Shown here: piece by piece, positions 8,101-19,100 of the stretch
Layout of the letters: each line of letters starts with the position of its first letter
How positions within the stretch are numbered: position 1 is the first letter of the stretch
Assembly: GCA_002189035.1 (NCBI GenBank)
Contig: NEEC01000011.1
Coordinates: 3,286,001-3,350,000 of the forward strand
Length of the DNA: 64,000 nucleotides
Direction of reading: 5' to 3'
Origin: Utricularia gibba
Taxonomy: Eukaryota; Plantae; Magnoliophyta
Program-made: the position numbers and the translations under genes
Notes under the pieces: generated by a model
Seen by the model: the letters and a program-made list of their open reading frames with translations, nothing else
Database searches by the model: none
Told to the model about the DNA's origin: nothing

Positions 8101-11100
8101 AAGACATTCACGACGATGTGATTCTAGACTCTCGACTCGATACAAATGTGATTTCTCGTATGCAAAACATATGCATTTCATTGGAAGGTGTGAAATTTTC
8201 GTTTTCGAGGCGAACCCTCACAATGCCACGAGTGTGTTCCTACCCACACCTGATGCAGGCCTCATGCACCATTCGGTATCTTGTCGATATATTGCAAACC
8301 GTAATGAGTCACGCTGGGCACAACATACCGCATCGAAGCTCATTCCGAGCCTGTCATCTTCTGTGTTGGAAGCTTCGTCGTCTAAAGATTTATCAAGGCT
8401 CGAATTATTGCCTTATATTTGCCTTCAATTGTGCCACAAAGTGGCCACGACGTTCGCGACGATGCGACTCGGGACTTTTGATTCGACACGAATGTGATTT
8501 CTTGCTTGCAAAACATATGCATTTCATTGGAAGGTATGAAAGTTTCGTTTTCAAGGCGATCCCTTACAATGCCATGGGTGTGTGCCTCCTACCCACACTT
8601 GATGGAGGCCTCGTGCACCGTTCGGTATCTTGGCGATATCTTGCAAACCGAGATGAGTCACGCTGCGCACGGAATACCGTTTCGAAGCTCATTCTAGGGC
8701 GGTCATCTTCCGTGTTGGAGGCTTTGTCGACCGACGATGTTTTCGAGGCGATCCCTTGCAATGCAACGTGTGTGTTCCAAAACACACCTGATGCAGGCCT
8801 CGTGCACCATTCTGTATTTTGTTGATATCTTGAAAACCGTGATGAGCCACGTTCCGCACGACACACCGTTTCGAAGCTCATTTTGAGGCACTCATCTTCC
8901 GTTTTGGAAGCTTCGTCGTCCGACGATATATCAGAGCTGGAATTATTGCCTTATATTAGCCTTCAATTGTGCCACAAAGTGGCCACGATGTTCGCGATGA
9001 TGCGACCTCGGACTTCCGATTCGACGCGAATGGGATTTCTCGCTTTCAAGACATATGGATTTCATTGGTGGGTTTGAAACTTTCGTTTTAGAGGCTGTCC
9101 CTTACAATGCCACGGGTGTGTTCCAACCCACACCTGATGCAGGCCTCGTGCACCATTCCGTATTTTGTCGATATCTTGAATACCGTGATGAGCCACGTTG
9201 CGCACGACACACCGTTTCGAAGCTCATTCCAGGGCGGTCATCTTCCGTTTTTGAAGCTTCGTCGTCCGACGATGTATCAGAGATCGAATTATTGCCTAAT
9301 GTTAGCCTTCAATTGTGCCAAAAAGTGGCCACGATGTTCGCGACGATGCGACTCAGGGAATCCGATTCGACGCGAATGTGATTTCCCGCTTGCAAAACAT
9401 ATGCCTTTCATTGGAAGGTGTGAAATTTTCGTTTTTTAGACGATCCCTTACAATGCCACGGTTGTGTTCGAACCCGCACCTGATGTAGGCCTTGTGCACC
9501 ATTCCGTATTTTTTTGATATCCTAAAAACCGTGATGAGCCACGTTGCGCATGACACACGGTTTCGAAGCTCTAATTATTGCCTTATATTAGCCTTCAATT
9601 GTTCCACAAAGTGGCCACGACGTTCGCGATGATGCGACCTCGGACTTTCGATTCGACGCGAATGGGATTTCTCGCTTTCAAGACATATGGATTTCATTGG
9701 AAGGTGTGAAATTTTCGTTTTAGAGGCGATCCTTCACAATGCCATGGGTGTCTTCCAACCCACACCTGATGAAGGCCCCGTGCACCATTCCGTATTTTAT
9801 CGATATCTTGAAACCGTGATGAGCCACGTAGCGCACGACACACCGTTTCAAAGCTCATTCTAGGGCGGTCGTCTTCCGTTTTGGAAGCTTCGTCGTCCGA
9901 CGATATATCAGAGCTGGAATTATTGCCTTATATTAGCCTTCAATTGTGCCACAAAGTGGCCACGATGTTCGCGATGATGCGACCTCGGACTTCCGATTCG
10001 ACGCGAATGGGATTTCTCGCTTTCAAGACATATGGATTTCATTGGAGGGTTTGAAACTTTCGTTTTAGAGGCTGTCCCTTACAATGCCACGGGTGTGTTC
10101 CAACCCACACCTGATGCAGGCCTCGTGCATCATTACGTATTTTGTCGATATCTTGAAAACCGTGATGAGCCACGTTTCGCATGACATACCGTTTCGAAGC
10201 TCATTCCGAGGCGGTCATCATCCGTATTCGAAGCTTCGTCGTCCGAAAATATATCAGAGCTCGAATTATTGCCTTATATTACCCTTCAATTGTGCCACAA
10301 AGTGGCCACGACGTTCGCGACGATGCGACTCGGGGATTCCGATTCGACGCAAATGTGATTTCTCGTTTGCAAAACACATGCATTTCATTACAATGTGTGA
10401 AATTTTTCGTTTTTGAGGTGATCCCTTACAATGCCACGGTTGTGTTCGAACCCGCACCTGATGTAGGCCTTGTGCACCATTCCGTATTTTTTTGATATCC
10501 TAAAAACCGTGATGTAGGCCTGCATCAGGTGTGTTACAACCCACACCTGATGCAGGCCTCGTGCACCATTCTGTATTTTGTCGATATCTTCGAAACCGTG
10601 ATGAGCCGTGTTGCGCATGGCACACCGTTTCGAAGCTCATTCCGAGCGGTCATCTTCTGTGTTGGAAGCTTCGTCGTCCGACGATGTATCAGAGCTCGAA
10701 TTATTGCCTTATATTAGCCTTCAATTGTGCCACAAAGTGGCCACGACGTTCGCGATGATGCGACCTCGGACTTCCGATTCGACGCGAATGGGATTTCTCG
10801 CTTTCAAGACATATGGATTTCATTGGAAGGTTTGAAACTTTCGTTTTAGAGGCTGTCCCTTACAATGCCACGGGTGTGTTCCAACCCACACTTGATGCAT
10901 GCCTCGTGCACCATTACGTATTTTGTCGATATCTCGAAAACCATAATGAGCCACGTTTCGCACGACATACCGTTTCGAAGCTCATTCCGAGGCGGTCATC
11001 ATCCGTATTGGAAGCTTCGTCGTCCGACAATATATCAGAGCTCGAATTATTGCCTTATATTACCCTTCAATTGTGCCACAAAGTGGCCACGACGTTCGCG

Positions 11101-14100
11101 ACGATGCGACTCGGGGCTTCTGATTCGACGCGAATGTGATTTCTCCCTTGTAAAACATATACATTTCATTGGAAGGTGTGAAATTTTCGTTTTTGTGGCG
11201 ATCCCTTACAATGGCACGGTTGTGTTCCAACCCACACCTGATGTAGGCCTCGTGCACCATTCCGTATTTTATCGATATCTCGAAAACCATAATGAGCCAC
11301 GTTTCGCACGACATACCGTTTCGAAGCTCATTCCGAGGCGGTCATCATCCGTTTTGGAAGCTTCGTCGTCCGACAATATATCAGAGCTCGAATTATTGCC
11401 TTATATTAGCCTTCAATTGTGTAACAAAGTGGCCACAACGTTCGCGACGATGCGACTCAGGGCATCCGATTCGACGCAAATGTGATTTCTCGCTTGCAAA
11501 AGTTATGCATTTCATTGGAAGGTGTGAAATTTTTCGTTTTTGAGGCGATCCCTTACAATGGCACGGTTGTGTTCCTACCCACACCTGATGCAGGCCTCGT
11601 GCACCATTCCGTATTTTATCGATATCTTGAAACCGTGATGAGCCACGTAGCGCACGACACACCGTTTCAAAGCTCATTCTAGGGCGGTCATCTTCCGTTT
11701 TGGAAGCTTCGTCGTCCGACAATATATCAGAGCTCGAATTATTGACTTATATTAGCCTTCAATTGTGCCACAAAGTGGCCACGACGTTCGCGATGATGCG
11801 ACCTCGGACTTCCGTTTCGACGCGAATGGGATTTCTCGATTTCAAGACATATGGATTTCATTGGAAGGTTTGAAACATTCGTTTTAGAGGCTGTCCCTTA
11901 CAATGCCACGGGTGTGTTCCAACCCACACTTGATGCATGCCTCGTGCACCATTACGTATTTTGTCGATATCTTGAAAACCATGATGAGCCACGTTTCGCA
12001 CAACACACCGTTTTGAAGCTCATTCTAGGGCGGTCATCTTCCGTTTTGGAAGCTTCGTCGTCCGACAATATATCAGAGCTCGAATTATCGCCTTATATTA
12101 GCCTTCAATTGTGCCACAAAGTGGCCACGACGTTCGCGATGATGCGACCTCGGACTTCCTTAAAAGCGTGATGAGCCGCGTTGCGCATGACACACCGTTT
12201 CGAAGCTCATTCCGAGGCGGTCATCTTCCATTTTGCAAGCTTTGTCGTTCGACGATGTATCAGAGCTCGAATTATTGCCTTATGTTACCCTTCAATTGTG
12301 CCACAAAGTGGCCACATCGTTCGCGACGATGCGACTCGGGGCTTCTGATTCGACGCGAATGTGATTTCTCCCTTGTAAAACATATACATTTCATTGGAAG
12401 GTGTGAAATTTTCGTTTTTGAGGCGATCCCTTACAATGCCACGGTTGTGTTCCAACCCACACCTGATGCAAGCCTCGGGCACCATTACGTATTTTATTGA
12501 TATCTTGAAAACCGTGATGACCCACGTAGCGCACGACACACCGTTTCGACGCTCATTCCGAGGCGGTCATCTTCCGTTTTGGAAGCTTCGTCGTCCGACA
12601 ATATATCAGAGCTCGAATTATTGCGTTATATTAGCCTTTAATTGAGCCACAAAGTGGCCACGACGTTCGGGATGATGCGACCTCGGACTTCCGATTCGAC
12701 GCGAATGGGATTTCTCGCTTTCAAAACATATGGATTTCATTGGAAGGTGTGAAATTTTCGTTTTAGAGGCGATCCCTTACAATGCCTCGAGTGTGTTCCA
12801 ACCCACACCTGATGCAGGCCTCGTGCACCATTCCGTATTTTGTCGATATCTTGAAAACCGTGATGAGCCACGTTTCGCGCGACACACCGTTTCGAAGCTC
12901 ATTCCAGGGCAGTAATCTTCCGTTTTTGAAGCTTCGTCGTCCAACAATATATCAGAGCTCGAATTATTGCCTTATATTACCCTTCAATTGTGCGACAAAG
13001 TGCCCACGACGTTCGCGACGATGCGACTTAGGGCTTCCGATTCGACGCAAATGTGATTTCTCGCTTGCAAAACACATGCATTTCATTGGAAGGTGTGAAA
13101 TTTTTGTTTTAGAGGCGATCCCTTACAATGCCACGGTTGTGTTCCAACCCACACCTGATGAAGGCCTCGTGCACCATTCCGTATTTTCTCGATATCTTGA
13201 ATACCGTGATGAGCCACGTTGCGCACGACACACCGTTTCGAAGCTCATTCCAGGGCGGTCATCTTCCGTTTTTGAAGCCTCGTCGTCCGACAATATATCA
13301 GAGCTGGAATTATTACCTTATATTACCCTTCAATTGTGCCACAAAGTAGCCACGACGTTCCCGATGATGCGACCTTGGACTTCCGATTCGACGCGAATGG
13401 GATTTCTTGCTTTCAAGACATATGGATTTCATTGGAAGGTGTGAAACTTTCGTTTTCGAGGCGACCCCTTACAATGCCACGAGTGTGTTCCAACCCACAC
13501 ATGATGCAGGCCTCGTGCACCATTACGTATTTTGTCGATATCTTGAAAACCGTGATGAGCCACGTTTCGCAGGACATACGGTTTCGAAGCTCATTCCGAG
13601 TCGGTCATCTTCCGTTTTGGAAGCTTCGTCGTCCGACGATGTATCAGAGCTCGAATTATTGCCTTATATTAGCCTTCAATTGTTCCACAAAGTGGCCACG
13701 ACGTTCGCGACGATGCGACTCAGGGCTTCTGATTCGACGCGAATGTGATTTCTCCCTTGTAAAACATATACATTTCATTGGAAGGTGTGAAATTTTCGTT
13801 TTCGAGGTGATCCCTTTCAATGCCACGGGTGTGTTCCAACCCACACCTTATGTATGCCTCGTTCCTCGTTCAATATCTTGTCGATATCTTGCAAACCGTG
13901 ATGAGTCACGCTACGCACAGCATACCGTATCAAAGCTCATTCCGAGCCGGTCATCTTCCGTGTTGGAAGCTTCGTAATCCGACAATGTATGAGAGCTCTA
14001 ATCATTGCCTTATATTAGCCTTCAATTGTGCCAAAAAGTGGCCACGACGTTCGTGAGGATGCGCCTCGGGACTTTCGATTTGACGTGAATGGGATTTCTC

Positions 14101-16199
14101 GTTGCAAAACATACGCATTTCATTGGAAGGTTTGAAATTTTCGTTTTTGAGGCGATCCCTTACAATGGTACGGTTGTGTTCCAACCCACACCTAATGCAG
14201 GCCTCGTGCACCATTCTGTATTTTGTCGATATCTTGAAAACCGTGATGAGCCACGTTCCGCACGACACACCGTTTCGAAGCTCATTTTGAGGCAGTCATC
14301 TTCCGTTTTGGAAGCTTCGTCGTCCGACGATGTATCAGAGCTCGAATTATTGCCTTATATTAGCCTTCAATTGTGCCACAAAGTGGCCACGACGTTCCTG
14401 ATGATGCGACCTGGGACTTCCGATTCGACGCGAATGGGATTTCTCGCTTTCAAGACATATGGATTGCATTGGAAGGTGTGAAATTTTCGTTTTAGTGGCG
14501 ATCCTTCACAATGCCATGGGTGTGTTCCAACCCACACCTGATGAAGGCCTCGTGCACCATTCCGTATTTTGTCGATATCCTTAAAAGCGTGATGAGCCGC
14601 GTTGCGCATGACACACCGTTTCGAAGCTCATTCCGAGGCGGTCATCTTCCGTTTTGCAAGCTTTGTCGTTCGACGATGTATCAGAGCTCGAATTATTGCC
14701 TTATATTAGCCTTCAATTGTGCCACAAAATGGCCACGACGTTCGGGATGATGCGACCTCGGACTTCCGATTCGACGCGAATGGGATTTCTCGCTTTCAAA
14801 ACATATGGATTTCATTGGAAGGTGTGAAATTTTTCGTTTTTGAGGCGATCCCTTACAATGCCACGGTTGTGTTCCAACCCACACCTGATGCAGGCCTCGT
14901 GCACCATTCCGTATTTTCTTGATATCTTGAATACCGTGATGAGCCACGTTGCGCACGACACACCGTTTCGAAGCTCATTCCAGGGCGGTCATCTTCCGTT
15001 TTTGAAGCTTTGTCGTCCGACAATATATCAGAGCTCGAATAATTTCCTTATATTACCCATCAATTGTGCCACAAAGTGGCCACGACGTTCGCGATGATGC
15101 GACTCTGGGCTTCCAATTCGACGCAAATGTGATTTCTCGCTTGCAAAACACATGCATTTCATTGGAAGGTGTGAAATTTTCGTTTTAGAGGCGATCCCTT
15201 ACAATGCCACGGTTGTGTTCCAACCCACACCTGATGTAGGCCTCGTGCACCATTCCGTATTTTATCGATATCTTCGAAACCGTGATGAGCCACGTAGCGT
15301 ACGACACACTGTTTCAAAGCTCATTCCAGGGCGGTCATCTTCCGTTTTGGAAGCTTCATTGTCCGACAATATATCAGAGCTGGAATTATTGCCTTATATT
15401 ACCCTTCAATTGTGCCAAAAAGTGGCCACGACGTTCGCGATGATGCGACCTCGGACTTCCGATTTGACGCGAATGGGATTTCTCGGTTTCAAAACATATG
15501 GATTTTATTGGAAGGTGTGAAATTTTCGTTTTAGAGGCGTTCCCTTACAATGCCACGAGTGTGTTCCAACCCACACCTGATGCAGGCCTTGTTCACCATT
15601 CTGTATTTTGTCGATATCTTGAAAACCGTGATGAGCCACGTTCCGCACGACACCCCGTTTCGAAGCTCATTTTGAGGCAGTCATCTTCCGTTTTGGAAGC
15701 TTCGTCGTCCGACGATGTATTAGAGCTCGAATTATTGCCTTATATTAGTCTTCAATTGTGCCACAAAGTGGCCACGACGTTCGCGATGATGCGACCTCGG
15801 ACTTCCGATTCGACGCGAATGGGATTTCTCGCTTTCAAGACATATGGATTTCATTGGAAGGTGTGGAATTTCGTTTTAGTGGCGATCCTTCACAATGCCA
15901 TGGGTGTGTTCCAACCCACACCTTATGAAGGCCCCGTGCACCATTCCGTATTTTGTCGATATCCTTAAAAGCGTGATGAGCCGCGCTGCGCATGACACAC
16001 CGTTTCGAAGCTCATTCCAGAGCGGTCATCTTCCGTTTTTGAAGCTTTGTCGTTCGACGATGTATCAGAGATGGAATTATTGCCTTATGTTAGCCTTCAA
16101 TTGTGCCACAAAGTGGCCACGACGTTCGCGATGATGCAAATCGGGACTTCCGATTCGACGCGACTAGGATTTCTATCTTGCAAAACATATGCATTTCAT

Positions 16200-19100
16200 T
16201 GGAAGGTGTGAAATTTTCGTTTTCGAGGCGATCCCTTACAATGCAACGTGTTTGTTCCAACCCACACCTAATGCAGGCCTCGTGCACCATTCCGTATTTT
16301 ATCGATATCTTGAAAACCGTGATGAGCCACGTTCCGCACGACACCCGTTTCGAAGCTCATTTTGAGGCAGTCATCTTCCGTTTTGGAAGCTTCGTCGTCC
16401 GACGATGTATTAGAGCTCGAATTATTGCCTTATATTAGCCTTCAATTGTGCCACAAAGTGGCCACGACGTTCGCGATGATGCGACCTCGGACTTCCGATT
16501 CGACGCGAATGGGATTTCTCGCTTTCAAGACATATGGATTTCATTGGAAGGTGTGGAATTTCGTTTTAGTGGCGATCCTTCACAATGCCATGGGTGTGTT
16601 CCAACCCACACCTTATGAAGGCCCCGTGCACCATTCCGTATTTTGTCGATATCCTTAAAAGCGTGATGAGCCGCGCTGCGCATGACACACCGTTTCGAAG
16701 CTCATTCCAGAGCGGTCATCTTCCGTTTTTGAAGCTTTGTCGTTCGACGATGTATCAGAGATGGAATTATTGCCTTATGTTAGCCTTCAATTGTGCCACA
16801 AAGTGGCCACGACGTTCGCGATGATGCAAATCGGGACTTCCGATTCGACGCGACTAGGATTTCTATCTTGCAAAACATATGCACTTCATTGGAAGGTGTG
16901 AAATTTTCGTTTTCGAGGCGATCCCTTACAATGCAACGTGTTTGTTCCAACCCACACCTGATGCAGGCCTCGTGCACCATTCCGTATTTTATCGATATCT
17001 TGAAAACCGTGATGAGCCACGTTTCGAACGACACACCGTTTCGAAGCTCATTCCGAGGCGGTCATCTTCCGTTTCGCAAGCTTTGTCGTTCGACAATATA
17101 TCAGAGCTCGAATTATTGCCTTATATTAGCCTTCAATTGTGCCACAAAGTGGCCACGACGTTCGCGATGATGCGACCTCGGACTTCCGATTCGACGCGAA
17201 TGGGTTTTCTCGCATTCAAGACATATGGATTTCATTGGAAGGTATGAAATTTTTGTTTAAGAGGCGAACCCTTACAATGCCACGGTTGTGTTCCAACCCA
17301 CACCTGATGCAGGCCTCGTGCACCATTCCGTATTTTGTAAATATCTTGAAAACCGTGATGAGCCTTGTTGCACACGACACACCGTTTCGAAGCTCATTCC
17401 AGAGCGGCCATCTTCCGTTTTCGAAGCTTCGTCGTTCGACGATGTATCAGAGATCGAATTATTGCCTTATATTAGCCTTCAATTGTGCCACAAAGTGGCC
17501 ACGACGTACGTGATGATGCGACTCGGGGCTTCCAATTCGACGCAAATGTGATTTTTCGCTTGCAAAAGTTATGCATTTCATTGGAAGGTGTGAAATTTTT
17601 GTTTTTGAGGCGATCCCTTACAATGGCACGGTTGTGTTCCAACCCACACCTGATGTAGGCCTCGTGCACCATTCCGTATTTTATCGATATCTTGAAAACC
17701 GTGATGAGCCACGTTTCGCACGACACACCGTTTCGAAGCTCATTCCGAGGCGGTCATCTTCCGTTTCGCAAGCTTTGTCGTTCGACAATATATCAGAGCT
17801 CGAATTATTGCCTTATATTAGCCTTCAATTGTGCCACAAAGTGGCCACGACGTTCGCGATGATGCGACCTCGGACTTCCGATTCGACGCGAATGGGTTTT
17901 CTCGCATTCAAGACATATGGATTTCATTGGAAGGTATGAAATTTTTGTTTAAGAGGCGAACCCTTACAATGCCACGGTTGTGTTCCAACCCACACCTGAT
18001 GTAGGCCTCGTGCACCATTCCGTATTTTATCGATATCTTGAAAACCGTGATGAGCCACGTTTCACACGACACACCGTTTCGAAGCTCATTCCGAGGCGGT
18101 CATCTTCCGTTTCGCAAGCTTTGTCGTTCGACAATATATCAGAGCTCGAATTATTGCCTTATATTAGCCTTCAATTGTGCCACAAAGTGGCCACGACGTT
18201 CGCGATGATGCGACCTCGGAATTCCGATTCGACGCGAATGGGATTTCTCGCTTTCAAAACATATGGATTTCATTGGAAGGTGTGAAATTTTCGTTTTGAG
18301 GCGATCCCTTACAATGCCACGAGTGTGTTCCAACCCACACATGAGGCCTTGTTCACCATTCGTATTTTGTCGATATCTTGAAAACCGTGATTAGCCACGT
18401 TGCGCACGACACACCGTTTCGAAGCTCATTCCAGGCGGTCATCTTCCGTTTTTGAAGCTTTGTCGTCCGACAATATATCAGAGCTCGAATAATTTCCTTA
18501 TATTACCCATCAATTGTGCCACAAAGTGGCCACGACGTTCGCGATGATGCGACTCGGGCTTCCAATTCGACGCAAATGTGATTTCTCGCTTGCAAAACAC
18601 ATGCATTTCATTGGAAGGTGTGAAATTTTCGTTTTAGAGGCGATCCCTTACAATGCCACGGTTGTGTTCCAACCCACACCTGATGTAGGCCTCGTGCACC
18701 ATTCCGTATTTTATCGATATCTTCGAAACCGTGATGAGCCACGTAGCGTACGACACACGTTTGAAAGCTCATTCAAGGGCGGTCATCTTCCGTTTTGGAA
18801 GCTTCATTGTCCGACAATATATCAGAGCTGGAATTATTGCCTTATATTACCCTTCAATTGTGCCAAAAAGTGGCCACGACGTTCGCGATGATGCGACCTC
18901 GGACTTCCGATTCGACGCGAATGGATTTCTCGCTTTCAAAACATATGGATTTCATTGGAAGGTGTGAAATTTTCGTTTTAGAGGCGTTCCCTTACAATGC
19001 CACGAGTGTGTTCCAACCCACACCTGATGCAGGCCTTGTTCACCATTCTGTATTTTGTCGATATCTTGAAAACCGTGATGAGCCACGTTCCGCACGACAC

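Noticed and set aside
8970-9316. Monomer as an ancient dimer of ~173-bp halves
   Set aside because: I could not align the halves by eye. Only short GCCAC(G) and AGCTC motifs recur, and not at a 173-bp offset. A sensitive self-alignment would settle it.
9464-9476. Pol III B-box / tRNA T-arm-like motif (GTTCGAACCC here, GTTCCAACCC in the consensus, GTGGGTTCCGACCC at the edge), suggesting a tRNA or SINE origin
   Set aside because: There is no convincing A-box at the right distance and no cloverleaf. The perfect match occurs in only two variant copies, so chance is sufficient.
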